Positions 18,936 through 28,554 of a DNA stretch of 64,000 nucleotides are shown here, piece by piece. Both the position numbers and the translations under genes were made by a program. The notes under the pieces are model-generated. The model saw only the letters and a program-made list of their open reading frames with translations, was not told the origin of the DNA and made no database searches. Origin of the DNA: a bacterium (GTDB lineage Bacteria > UBA10199 > 2-02-FULL-44-16 > JAAZCA01); the NCBI GenBank assembly GCA_963674695.2, contig CAXXGI010000001.1, positions 832,001 through 896,000 of the forward strand, read 5' to 3'. Each line of letters opens with the position of its first letter. The first letter of the stretch is position 1.

Positions 18936-21539
18936 CTATTCCACGCCGTAGATCTCGATGCCACCGGCGACGGAGCTGGTCAGGAGATACCGACTGAAGG
19001 TGGAGAAGATCTTCACGTCGAGAAACTGGCAGGTGGTACAGCTCGTGACGAGCTGTGGCGAGCCGCTCGAGGAGACACTGAAGAGCGAGAAGGGGATGGT
19101 CGAGCCGTTGGGAGTGGCCACCGCCAGCGTCGATCCGCCGAGCGCCACGCGCGCATGCGGAAGATTCTCCCCGCTCGCGCCTGGGATGCTTACCGACGTA
19201 CCCGCGGCCTGTGGGTTGGAGATATCCTTGAGATAGATCTTCGTCCCCTTCACGAAGGCAATCGTATTCCCGCCCAGTGCATCGAGGGCTGCATCGACAA
19301 GACCCGTGGCCTTGATGAGGCGCTCGCGTGTTCCCGCCTGTGGACTGGTGCTCGTCCCCGCCTCGACTCGCCAACGATAGAGACCGTCGGGACCGGTGAA
19401 GACGATCGTGTAGGTACTCTGCCCGTCGTGCTTCACGCTCTGGATCCGTCCGGGGTGCGCATCGGCATCCGCTTCGATTTCGAGCGTCGTCGACAGCGCC
19501 ACGCGCTCGAGCTCCGTGCAATTGTCGTCGCATTCGTATCGATAGAGGCCGGTCTGGAGATACCACTTTCCGTCGGCATATCCGGAATAGAGCACAGCGA
19601 TCTTGCTCACCGGGCCAATATGAAGATCGCGCACGCTGCGCACGCGCTTGTCCTCATCGCTCTCGTTGCTCCCCGCCGGAAAACCGGCGAACTCGAAGTC
19701 GCTCTGCGAGCGACTGATCGTGAGCGTCTCGCGCGTGGAGCCATCATCCCCCTTCTGGATCGAGAGGTTCCAGGGCTGGCGATATTCGTACGCGCCCCCC
19801 TCGCCGGTGGACGACCAGGCAAACGCGAGCATGCTTCCATTATAGGCGGCCTCGCCCACATACGAGCTCGCATTGGAGAGTCCCCCGATGGTCGCCTGGG
19901 CGAGCGCATTCTCCACCTTGAGCATCCCGCCGCGCGCATTGGCCATCTCGATCGCGGCCACCTTGTTCGACCCGCCCCCTTCGAGGCGGACGAAGATCGC
20001 GCCGGTGTCGACGAGGGTCACTGCATTCGCGGCATCGACGAACTCGAGTGCGGAGGCGCCGGTGCCATCATCCGCCTTCACCGCCGTGAAGCTCGCTGCC
20101 GCACCGCCGGAATAGAGGATCAGGTCGTTGGGAATGCCGGTGATGAGCCCCTGCACCTGGTCGACCTCCTGCGCATCGTAGACCCAGCGTTCGTCGCCAC
20201 CCATCTCGGCCCGGCGCATCGCCAGGAGAAAGTTCGGCCCGCGGATAAATCCTTTGTCGCCCTCGACGGCGATCGCAAAGGTAAACGGAGGGGCCGATTC
20301 GCTGTGCTGAAAGACCGCCAGCTCCACCGGCTGAAAGTGCGTCGCCTTGGAGAGATCGTCGAAATCGCGGAAGATGAAGAAGCCCGACTTGAAGGCGTAG
20401 AGTCCGTTCTCGTTGTAGGCCGTGAGCGTCCCGTCCTTGGCGGCCTCGCGCAGACAGGCCAGCTGCGCATCGGAGCCCTCACCGCTGCAATTGGTGGCGA
20501 TGAAACCCTGCACCGAGGTCTGACGATACGCCATTCCGATCACATAGAGCGCGCCGGAATCGTAGGCGATGTCGGTCGGAATGAAGCGATCGAAGTGGGA
20601 GAAGCTCTCGTCGGCAGCGTCGAAGATGACCGGGGAGACATCGCCCGTCGCAAGATCGACGCCGCGCACGATGCCGATCGGCACATCGACGAGCATGCTG
20701 GCGAAGATCGGATCGTAGACCTCGTCGAAGGTCGGCGCCACATTCGTCACCGTGGTCTCATGCCGCGCATAGAGGAAGGCCTTCTCGCTCGCGATCTTGG
20801 TCTTGACCGGCAGATAGTCCGAGGCGTTTTCATCCAGGACCTGCGTGCCGGTCAGAATGCCGGCACAGGCCTCGCTGTTGCCCAGCTCGGACAGCGAGGT
20901 CACCTGCACGAAGCCATCGCCCGAGGCGAAGAGGATACGCGAGCCGTCGCTGTCGGCGGCGATCGACCAGACGCCGCTGGGCACCGGGCGATAGCCCGTC
21001 GGTGCCGCATCGACGAGATCGCCGCTGCTGTTCATGCCGATGATCCCGATACCGCGCTCGGTTCCATAGATGAGATAGGGGCTTCCATCCCGCTTCACCG
21101 AGGCGAGTGCTGTGACCGCCCCCGGGCGATCGAGCAGAACCGTGCCGAGCGAACCCAGCTCAGTGCCATAGCGCACAGAGGCGCCGCTGCCCCAGGCGAG
21201 TGCGATGACACGCTCGGCCTCCGGCGGGGTGACATCGATCGTGGAGACCGCGCGAATCTGACCACCGATGTTGCCCTGATAGATCGACAGGAGGGGATCG
21301 GTCTCCATCGCCACGCGCTGGGTATCCTGTCCGTCGACCTGGATTTCATAGGCACTCGCACCATCCAAGCAGACCTTCCCCGAGATGCCGGGGATGCCAT
21401 CGATATCTCCCCCATCGCCCCCATCACCGCCACCGCCACCGCTGCAGGCGCCCATGAGGACCACAAGCGTCAATGCGATGACAGCACCCCCCAGGCGACA
21501 TCGGGAGGCAAAAAGGCATTCTTGAAAAAGTGAAGTCAT
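18936..21539 (-). CDS. Large secreted lipoprotein, probable beta-propeller, unknown function
   Basis: Lipobox MGAC plus Gly linker; beta-rich 867-aa ORF; sigma54 promoter upstream. Confidence 0.75.
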   Translation of the reverse strand: MTSLFQECLFASRCRLGGAVIALTLVVLMGACSGGGGGDGGDGGDIDGIPGISGKVCLDGASAYEIQVDGQDTQRVAMETDPLLSIYQGNIGGQIRAVSTIDVTPPEAERVIALAWGSGASVRYGTELGSLGTVLLDRPGAVTALASVKRDGSPYLIYGTERGIGIIGMNSSGDLVDAAPTGYRPVPSGVWSIAADSDGSRILFASGDGFVQVTSLSELGNSEACAGILTGTQVLDENASDYLPVKTKIASEKAFLYARHETTVTNVAPTFDEVYDPIFASMLVDVPIGIVRGVDLATGDVSPVIFDAADESFSHFDRFIPTDIAYDSGALYVIGMAYRQTSVQGFIATNCSGEGSDAQLACLREAAKDGTLTAYNENGLYAFKSGFFIFRDFDDLSKATHFQPVELAVFQHSESAPPFTFAIAVEGDKGFIRGPNFLLAMRRAEMGGDERWVYDAQEVDQVQGLITGIPNDLILYSGGAAASFTAVKADDGTGASALEFVDAANAVTLVDTGAIFVRLEGGGSNKVAAIEMANARGGMLKVENALAQATIGGLSNASSYVGEAAYNGSMLAFAWSSTGEGGAYEYRQPWNLSIQKGDDGSTRETLTISRSQSDFEFAGFPAGSNESDEDKRVRSVRDLHIGPVSKIAVLYSGYADGKWYLQTGLYRYECDDNCTELERVALSTTLEIEADADAHPGRIQSVKHDGQSTYTIVFTGPDGLYRWRVEAGTSTSPQAGTRERLIKATGLVDAALDALGGNTIAFVKGTKIYLKDISNPQAAGTSVSIPGASGENLPHARVALGGSTLAVATPNGSTIPFSLFSVSSSGSPQLVTSCTTCQFLDVKIFSTFSRYLLTSSVAGGIEIYGVE

Positions 21540-21614
21540 AACAATGGGATAGCTCCCCCATCTCCATGGGCACGCCGCATGCGGCCGACGGAGATAGTCT
21601 CCATTCCATTATAG

Positions 21615-21631
21615 AGCATAAAACGTGCCAA
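21615..21631 (-). promoter_or_regulatory. sigma54 promoter
   Basis: TTGGCACGTTTTATGCT (GG-N10-GC). Confidence 0.75.
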
Positions 21632-21686
21632 TTTTGGTTGAGAGGAAGCGAACGCGAAAGGAGCCGTATAAGAATCTCTTCCCGGC

Positions 21687-22619
21687 TTACGGAATCACGA
21701 AGGTGAGCAGAGGGCCGGTGGCGATCTCGATGCGCGATTCGGCAGGGTGCGCATCGCCGTCGACGGTGTAGGTCATCGGCTCGTCGAACTCGAGCAGCAT
21801 CTCGGAACACATCTCGTCGATATAGTGCTCCGAGTTCGCGGGGCGCGCGAAGAAGGCTCGGGGAAATGTGGTCAGTAATTGGCGGGGTGTAGCGGAGATA
21901 TCCACCGACTGAAACTTCCCGATCTCGGAGGTCGCGCGGTAGAGCGGATTGAAATGCAGGCCGAGCGTCTCCATCGTGCCGGCGAAGATCATGTTGTAGT
22001 TTTTGAACGGCTGCACCTTGCCATCGAGGGTCAGACGCGCGTTGAAGCGCTCACAGAGGTGACGTGCAAAGCGCCCATTGATGAGCGTGGAGACTGCAGC
22101 GTGAAAGAGGACCCATGCACCCCGCTGCGGCGTCGGCCCCCCCTCGACATTCTCATAGACATGGATGAAGCGCGAAACGACCCCCATGCCGAAGATGAAT
22201 CCATAGACGCCGTTCACGCGGATCATATTGAACTGCGTCTCACGAAAGGGCTCATTCTCATGGTACTTCACGATGAGATTGGAGAGAACCTTTTCCGGCG
22301 CACCACGAATGCCGAGTTGCCCCGCGAGGTTGTTCATCGTTCCGCCACGCAACAGCGCGATCTTGGGAAGCGGCGTGTCGCCATAGACCTCGAGAAAGGT
22401 GGTGAGCGTCTTATGGTTCGTGCCATCGCCGCCGGAGATCCCCAGAATTTCGACGCCGCGCTCCTTGAACTCGACAGCCAGTTCGCGCACCTGATCGATG
22501 GTCTCCGTGAGATGACAGGATCCCTTGTCGCCGACGATGAACCCCATGTGTTTCACCCGATGGGGGTTCTTTCGATTCGACCGCGAATGCGGATTGAGAA
22601 TGACGCCGATGCCTGACAT
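21687..22619 (-). CDS. Diacylglycerol/sphingosine kinase family protein
   Basis: ILNPHS, GGDGT, GGTMN, VDGD motifs. Confidence 0.88.
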   Translation of the reverse strand: MSGIGVILNPHSRSNRKNPHRVKHMGFIVGDKGSCHLTETIDQVRELAVEFKERGVEILGISGGDGTNHKTLTTFLEVYGDTPLPKIALLRGGTMNNLAGQLGIRGAPEKVLSNLIVKYHENEPFRETQFNMIRVNGVYGFIFGMGVVSRFIHVYENVEGGPTPQRGAWVLFHAAVSTLINGRFARHLCERFNARLTLDGKVQPFKNYNMIFAGTMETLGLHFNPLYRATSEIGKFQSVDISATPRQLLTTFPRAFFARPANSEHYIDEMCSEMLLEFDEPMTYTVDGDAHPAESRIEIATGPLLTFVIP

Positions 22620-22624
22620 AAGAA

Positions 22625-22700
22625 CCGTGACTCGTGACTCGTGACTCGTGACTGACAAATACCAGATCGAGTTACGAATAACGAGTTGCGAGTCACGAAC
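22625..22700. repeat. Inverted heptamer micro-array
   Basis: (CGTGACT)x4 facing degenerate (GAGTTAC/GAGTCAC)x4. Confidence 0.85.
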
Positions 22701-22721
22701 AGTAGGGGCATTTCATGCCGT

Positions 22722-23807
22722 TCACTTCGTTTCCGAGCCGGATGAAGGCGCAGCCACAACCTTTTTCCGATGACGCCTGCCGCCGCGCTTTCCGCGACGG
22801 CGCTTCGGCTTATTCGCTTGCTGTTCTTCGGTCTTCACCTCCGCAACTGGATTTGCCTTTGCCGCGACGATCGTCTTCGACGCCGACGATTCTGCAGCCG
22901 CCTCCTTCGCCGTGGGCGCACGCCGCCCACGCGAACGACCACTCCGGCCGGTGGTGGATGTGCTCGCCGCCTTCGGATGTGGCTTTGCCTTCGGCGTCGC
23001 CCGCGATGCGCGCTGTTGCGTCGGAACCTCTTGCGCCTCTTCCTCCTTCTGTTCGGCGATCTTGTGCCGCTTCATGTATTCGCGCACGATGAAGCTGGCC
23101 ACCTCCGAGGGTTTCGTCCCCGTCCCATAGCCCGCATCGAAACCGAGTTTCACGGCAACGGCGTGATCCAGACGCGGCCCGCCGACGATGAGCAGGAGCT
23201 CTTTGGGCAGCCGCGAATCCTTTTTCGCCAGGGCCCGAAAGGCCTTGAGGTTTTTGATATGACAATCGCGCTGCGTCACCACCTGCGAGATCAGGATCAC
23301 ATCGGCCTTCAGCTCCACCGCTCGATCGAGCAACTGTTCGTTGGTCAGCTGGCTGCGCAGATTATGCGCGGTGAAGAGCGGATAGCGTTCCAACCCGTAG
23401 TCGTGATCATACCCCTTCATGTTCATGATGGCATCGATGCCAACGGTGTGCGCATCCGCACCGGTCGCCGCTCCGACGACGACGATCGGCTCTTTCAGAT
23501 TGCGCTCCATGTAGGACTTGAGTTCTTCGTAATGCATGACCGGCGTCTCGATCTTTGGAACACGGATCTTGGTAAAATCCAGCGTGTTTTTGCCCGCGCC
23601 ATAGACGACAAAATAGGTAAAACCTTCGCCCATCGAGTCCATCTGCGCCACCTGCACGCGGTCGAGACCCAGTTTTTCCACGTAGAGACGTGCGGCCTCG
23701 CGTGCCTCGGGACAAGCCTGTACCGGCAACGTAAACGACATCTGAATCATGCCGTCGTCCAAGCGATCGCCATAGGGTTTGAGTTTCTTTGGATTGACTG
23801 TGATCAT
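22722..23807 (-). CDS. kamE: Lysine 5,6-aminomutase beta subunit (B12-binding) with basic C-terminal extension
   Basis: PYGD..DDG..Q.SFTLP dimer domain, DAHTVG cobalamin motif, MNMKG PLP lysine. Confidence 0.92.
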   Translation of the reverse strand: MITVNPKKLKPYGDRLDDGMIQMSFTLPVQACPEAREAARLYVEKLGLDRVQVAQMDSMGEGFTYFVVYGAGKNTLDFTKIRVPKIETPVMHYEELKSYMERNLKEPIVVVGAATGADAHTVGIDAIMNMKGYDHDYGLERYPLFTAHNLRSQLTNEQLLDRAVELKADVILISQVVTQRDCHIKNLKAFRALAKKDSRLPKELLLIVGGPRLDHAVAVKLGFDAGYGTGTKPSEVASFIVREYMKRHKIAEQKEEEAQEVPTQQRASRATPKAKPHPKAASTSTTGRSGRSRGRRAPTAKEAAAESSASKTIVAAKANPVAEVKTEEQQANKPKRRRGKRGGRRHRKKVVAAPSSGSETK

Positions 23808-23814
23808 AATAAGT

Positions 23815-23905
23815 CCGTAACTCGTAACTCGTGACTCGTGACTCGTAAAAACCGGCGGAGAGATTTTCCCATGACGAGTTACGATTCACGAGTAACGAGT
23901 CACGT
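23815..23905. repeat. Inverted heptamer micro-array
   Basis: (CGTAACT/CGTGACT)x5 facing (ACGAGTT-like)x4 that includes the kamD stop. Confidence 0.85.
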
Positions 23906-25447
23906 TTTTTTCAACAATTCCAATACCGGGTTGAAATAGTTCCGGTCCTTCTGCAGCACACCCTCGAGCCCTTTGCCGCCGTCCTCAGCGCGCTCGATCT
24001 CAGCAAACATGCCCTTGGCGATCGCCTTCATGAGCCCCGCCTGATCGATCTTGCGCAGATACTTATGCGTATTCTCCAGCACCGTGTGTGCACGCCGCGC
24101 GACCTTCCCATTCGGATTGAAGGTAATCTCATCCCCCAGATTCCGCGCGCTGTGGAAGACGTAATTCGCGTTGCGCAGCGCCCAGAACCGATCCTGCAGG
24201 TGGGGATTGTGAATCGCCTCGGTCGGAATGCCCAGGAGCTGAATCGACTGCTCGGTGATGATCGCCGCGACATTGAACATCGCATCCATCACGTTGCCCT
24301 GCATGATATCGCCCGTCATGAACTTCGTCGGCGGCATATACTTGATCGGCGCACGCGGAAAAATCTCGCGCACCATCTGCGCCTGGGCCAGCTCGAAGAG
24401 AAAACCATCCTCGATCGTGGGATCCAGCTCGAAGGCATGTCCCAGCCCCATCTGCTCTGGGGCAAGACCCGCGCTGAGCGCAAAACGTTCGTTGATAAAC
24501 TGACTGGCAAAGACGTGATGCGCATTGCGATAGGCGTCCGTCGTCGTGAGATAGTTATCCTCACCGGTATTAATGGTAATCCCCGCACGCGCGCAGATGA
24601 GGCGGGAGAAATACTGGTCGACGAAGGTTCGCTTCATATTGATGTCGCGAAAGAGAATACCATACATCGAATCGTTGAGCAGGACGTCGAGCCCTTCGTC
24701 CGCAGCGGCCACTGCAATCTCGGACATGCACAGCCCTGAAGAATAGTTGGTCAGGCGCACATAGCGACCGGCTTTTTTCGACGCCTCGTCGAGGGCGTCG
24801 CGCATGATGCGAAAGTTGGCCTGTGTGGCGAGCGTGCCGCCTGCCCCCTCGGTGGAGATGCCGTCAGGCACATAGTCGAGCAGCGACTGCGCCGTGGTGC
24901 GAATCACCGCGATGATGTCGGCCCCCTCTTCGACGGCCGAGACCGCTTGCGCCGCATCGTCATAGATATTTCCCGTGGCGACAATCAGATACTTGAGGGG
25001 AGCCGGTCCTTCGCCCAAGCGACCCAGAAGCGATTCGCGCTGACGACGACGCACATCGATGCGCGCCAAGCCCTTCTTGGCCAAATCGCGTCCCACTGCC
25101 TGTATCTTGGCCGCCGGCACATCCGGGATCTCTTCGAGTTTGAGTTTATCCGTGGCCAGCTTCTTTGCGAGCGCCTTCGGCTCGAGTCCCGTGTGCACGA
25201 GCGCCTGACAAAACCACCAGGCGATTCCCCGACGCAATCGGTCGCGATCGAGCCGGTCGACGATGAGGTTTACATGAGGCATCTCCATATGCGCCTCCTC
25301 GATACCGAAGACGCGCAACACCGAGCGCTCGGTCGAGGTGGTCGTATGCCGATCGATGTACTTCTGCACGGGCGCAACGATGCGCTGTGCCTCGTTTCGA
25401 CACTGATCGATCTTGTCGCGATCGAGATTGAGTTTTCTGTAGGCCAT
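23900..25447 (-). CDS. kamD: Lysine 5,6-aminomutase alpha subunit
   Basis: IVATGNIYDD, AVIRTTAQSLLDYVP, NYSSGLCM, NTGEDNY, KYMPPTK. Confidence 0.94.
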   Translation of the reverse strand: MAYRKLNLDRDKIDQCRNEAQRIVAPVQKYIDRHTTTSTERSVLRVFGIEEAHMEMPHVNLIVDRLDRDRLRRGIAWWFCQALVHTGLEPKALAKKLATDKLKLEEIPDVPAAKIQAVGRDLAKKGLARIDVRRRQRESLLGRLGEGPAPLKYLIVATGNIYDDAAQAVSAVEEGADIIAVIRTTAQSLLDYVPDGISTEGAGGTLATQANFRIMRDALDEASKKAGRYVRLTNYSSGLCMSEIAVAAADEGLDVLLNDSMYGILFRDINMKRTFVDQYFSRLICARAGITINTGEDNYLTTTDAYRNAHHVFASQFINERFALSAGLAPEQMGLGHAFELDPTIEDGFLFELAQAQMVREIFPRAPIKYMPPTKFMTGDIMQGNVMDAMFNVAAIITEQSIQLLGIPTEAIHNPHLQDRFWALRNANYVFHSARNLGDEITFNPNGKVARRAHTVLENTHKYLRKIDQAGLMKAIAKGMFAEIERAEDGGKGLEGVLQKDRNYFNPVLELLKKT

Positions 25448-25538
25448 AACGCTTTCGTTTTCTGTTCGTCGGTTCGTCGGTTACAGCGTTTTGATTCTAT
25501 GATAGCGCGTCAAGTTCCATCGAACCATCGAACCGCTC

Positions 25539-26795
25539 TCAAGTCTTCGGTTTCAGTGTCACCCGCTGCCCCTCGATCAGGTCGAGGTAGCCGCGGTTTT
25601 CGGGGCGCTCGGGAACGAGGGTTTCGCCCACCGCCTCTGCGGTGGAACAGGTGCTATCGCGCTCGCTCGGGTTGCGGTAGCTGCTCATCATCCCCTTATA
25701 GTTGCGCACCACCGCGCACTCATCGGTCAGCGTCAGTAAATAGTTGGGCATGACGGGAATTTTTCCGCCACCGCCGGGCGCATCGATCACGAACGTCGGA
25801 AGGGCAAGCCCCGAGGTATGCCCGCGCAGATACTCCATGATCTCGAACCCCTTGGAGACCGACGTGCGAAAGTGCTCGATCCCCTCGGCCAGATCGCACT
25901 GGTAGATATAGTAGGGTTTCACCCGGATCTTGAGGAGTTCGTGCATCAACTTCTTCATGATGCGTGGGTCCGAATTGATGCGTCGCAGGAGCACGGCCTG
26001 ATTCTGCACCGGCATCCCCGCATCGGCGATCCGCGCACAGGCGGCCGCGGCCTGCGCCGTCACCTCATACGGATGGTTGAAGTGCGTCATGAAATAGATC
26101 GGTTGATACCGCTTGAGCATCGCGACCACTTCGTCGGTCACCTGCATCGGGAAGACCACGGGCGTGCGACTGGCCACGCGGATGATCTCGACGTGAGGGA
26201 TCGCGCGCAGGCGTTTCACAATCCCTTCGAGCATCGCGACCGACAGCATGAGGGCATCACCGCCGGAGAGAATGACGTCGCGAATCTCGGGGTGTGCCGC
26301 GATGTAGTCGATGGCCGCATCGTGTTCGGCGGCGAGCGCGTGTTCGGTCCGGTCGAGGATATGGCGACGACGCGTGCAGAAGCGGCAGTACATTGAGCAG
26401 ACTTCAGAAACGAGAAAGAGCACCCGGTCCGGATAGCGATGAACAAGCCGTGGCACGGGCGAATCAGCATCTTCGGCCAGCGGGTCGTTGAGATCGCTCA
26501 CGCCACGCTCGAGCTCTTCGATGGTCGGTACCGCCTGCAAGCGGATGGGGCACTCGGGGTTTTGTGGATCGATGAGCGAGAGGTAGTAGGGGGTCACCTG
26601 AAAGCGCGAATGTTTGACCGCCTCATCGACCTCGTCGCGCTCTTTTTTTGAAAGCGGGATCACCTTCGTCAACGTCTCGGCATCGGTGACGACGTTTTTC
26701 ATCTGCCAGACGGGGTCATTCCATTCCTCCGGCGTCACCTTCGCCCAGAGGGGAATGCGTTGATAATATGTGGGGTCGCTCGTATCAATCATCAC
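25539..26795 (-). CDS. kamA: Lysine 2,3-aminomutase (radical SAM)
   Basis: HRYPDR, CSMYCRFC, SGGD, HFNHP, DAPGGGGK. Confidence 0.94.
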   Translation of the reverse strand: MMIDTSDPTYYQRIPLWAKVTPEEWNDPVWQMKNVVTDAETLTKVIPLSKKERDEVDEAVKHSRFQVTPYYLSLIDPQNPECPIRLQAVPTIEELERGVSDLNDPLAEDADSPVPRLVHRYPDRVLFLVSEVCSMYCRFCTRRRHILDRTEHALAAEHDAAIDYIAAHPEIRDVILSGGDALMLSVAMLEGIVKRLRAIPHVEIIRVASRTPVVFPMQVTDEVVAMLKRYQPIYFMTHFNHPYEVTAQAAAACARIADAGMPVQNQAVLLRRINSDPRIMKKLMHELLKIRVKPYYIYQCDLAEGIEHFRTSVSKGFEIMEYLRGHTSGLALPTFVIDAPGGGGKIPVMPNYLLTLTDECAVVRNYKGMMSSYRNPSERDSTCSTAEAVGETLVPERPENRGYLDLIEGQRVTLKPKT

Positions 26796-26803
26796 AAACC
26801 TCG

Positions 26804-26905
26804 CTCGTAGTCTCGTGAATCGTGGTCTCGAAGATCGTTTACAATCGACTAAAGCCTAAACGAGACCACGATCTCACGAGTAACGAGACCACGAAATTAC
26901 GAACC
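26804..26905. repeat. Inverted octamer micro-array
   Basis: (TCGTGGTC-like)x4 facing (ACGAGACC-like)x5 running into the kdd stop. Confidence 0.8.
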
Positions 26906-27943
26906 AAACTTCCCATCAAACCACTGCTTCACCGCGGCGTTTTTGCGATAGAGGTCGAGCGTAAAGTTCGCATGGTCGGGGGCATAGCCGTTGCCGATGA
27001 TCATCTCGACGTCGTAGCCGACACCCTCGGCGCCGAGCGCCGCCTTCTGAAAATTGGTCGCCATATTAAAGAAGTAGACCTTGGCGCCCTGCTTGCACGC
27101 GAGCACCGAGGCCAGTTCCGTCCCCTCGACGTTGGCGGTGTTGATCACGAGATCGCACATTCCGCCATCGGTCGCCTCGGAGACCCGATCCATCGTCTCG
27201 GCGGGGGAGAGCGCGTTGGCCACGAAGACCTCGTCGGCCAACCCGAGCGACTGAAATGTCTCGACGCTCGATGCACGCGTGGCACTGGCGATGATGCGAC
27301 AATCGTTGCCCAACTTCTGGCGCAGCGCCGCTGCACAGAGGATGCCGGACTTGCCCGTGCCGATGATGTAGACCGTATCGCCCTTGCGCGCCAGGCGATC
27401 GGCCTGTGGCGGCGCGCCGGCAACATCCAGCAGGGCCAGACAGACATCCTGATCCATATCCTCGGGAATCTTGGCCAACACGCCCGAGTCGAAGAGGACC
27501 GCCTTCCCCTCGATATCGATCTGCTCGGTCTCGCGAACCCCGACAACCCGATCGATGGCGAGCGGCGTGAGGGTGAGCGATACGAGCGTGCAGATCGGGT
27601 CGCCCACCTTCAGGCCAAAGCGATTCGAATAGGTCGGGCCCATGTCCGCGACTTTCCCCAAAAGCATGCCGCCGGATCCGGTCACCGGATTGAGCTGCTT
27701 GCCCATCTTCGCCACATTCGCCACGACCTGATCGGCCACACCCTGCAGATTTCCGCCGCAGGCCTCGCGCATCTGCCGAAAGGAGGCCGAATCGATGTTG
27801 AGGGTCGATACATCGATGAGGATCTCGTTGTCATAGATCGGGAGGCTGTTATCGACTTTCGTCGCCGCCTGAGGGAGGGCGCCGGATGGCTCGATGACGC
27901 GATGTCGGCCCAGCGAATTTCCGCCGGAGAGATAGCTGCTCAT
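26897..27943 (-). CDS. kdd: L-erythro-3,5-diaminohexanoate dehydrogenase
   Basis: HRVIEP.G.LPQ, LNIDSASF, NPVTGSGGML, TLVSLTLTPL, LDVAGAP, IGNGY. Confidence 0.93.
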   Translation of the reverse strand: MSSYLSGGNSLGRHRVIEPSGALPQAATKVDNSLPIYDNEILIDVSTLNIDSASFRQMREACGGNLQGVADQVVANVAKMGKQLNPVTGSGGMLLGKVADMGPTYSNRFGLKVGDPICTLVSLTLTPLAIDRVVGVRETEQIDIEGKAVLFDSGVLAKIPEDMDQDVCLALLDVAGAPPQADRLARKGDTVYIIGTGKSGILCAAALRQKLGNDCRIIASATRASSVETFQSLGLADEVFVANALSPAETMDRVSEATDGGMCDLVINTANVEGTELASVLACKQGAKVYFFNMATNFQKAALGAEGVGYDVEMIIGNGYAPDHANFTLDLYRKNAAVKQWFDGKFGS

Positions 27944-28055
27944 GGGTCCTTCTCCTTTTCAAAATGAACGAAACTGTTTTTGTTTCAACCAGTTGGGGCG
28001 CCTTTTAACCATACCCCTGAAGGGAAGTGCAAGGGGATTCCTGAAAATCCTCCGT

Positions 28056-28143
28056 GGCAGTTCTCAATGCGCCGCGAGGTAAAACGAGAGGCCTTTTTAC
28101 AGGGTCATCGGAAAAAAGACCTCGCGTTTCGCCGGGAGGCGCA
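28056..28143. repeat. Hairpin repeat family, copy 2
   Basis: GGCAGTTC..TGCGCCGCGA-stem-TACAGGGTCATCGG-stem-GGGAGGCGCA. Confidence 0.75.
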
Positions 28144-28198
28144 CCAGCGACCAAATATTCACTATCAGAGGGAAGCGATTGACAGTATTGACACTGCC

Positions 28199-28420
28199 CT
28201 ACAGCAGCACCATCTGCCCATCCTCCTGGGCACCGTCTTCCAGGACCCCCTCGCCACGACGATCCGCCGAAGGGATCAGTCGGCCATCGCTGGCGATGCG
28301 CTGGCCACAGCGGGCACAGAAACGCGAGCCGTCCAAACGCCGCTCCATCCGCGTGGAACGACAACGAGGACAGCGATTCTTTGGTTTTTTCCGAACACTG
28401 GTCATAGGGCAGACGCTCAT
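28199..28420 (-). CDS. Small zinc-ribbon protein
   Basis: CPRC...CARC; GGAGG upstream of ATG 28420. Confidence 0.55.
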   Translation of the reverse strand: MSVCPMTSVRKKPKNRCPRCRSTRMERRLDGSRFCARCGQRIASDGRLIPSADRRGEGVLEDGAQEDGQMVLL

Positions 28421-28554
28421 ACTGAATCGACCCCTCCGGATGCAATGGGAAAAATGGGGAACCGGTCGAAGCACCTGGATGATCGCCAAAATCCCTTGAT
28501 GCAACCCCCCAAAACCTCTATGGAAAGAGCACACCCGCACGGGAGAAGGAAACC

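Noticed and set aside
28026-28045. sigma54 promoter for kdd (CAGGAATCCCCTTGCA)
   Set aside because: GG-to-GC spacing is 9, not the required 10
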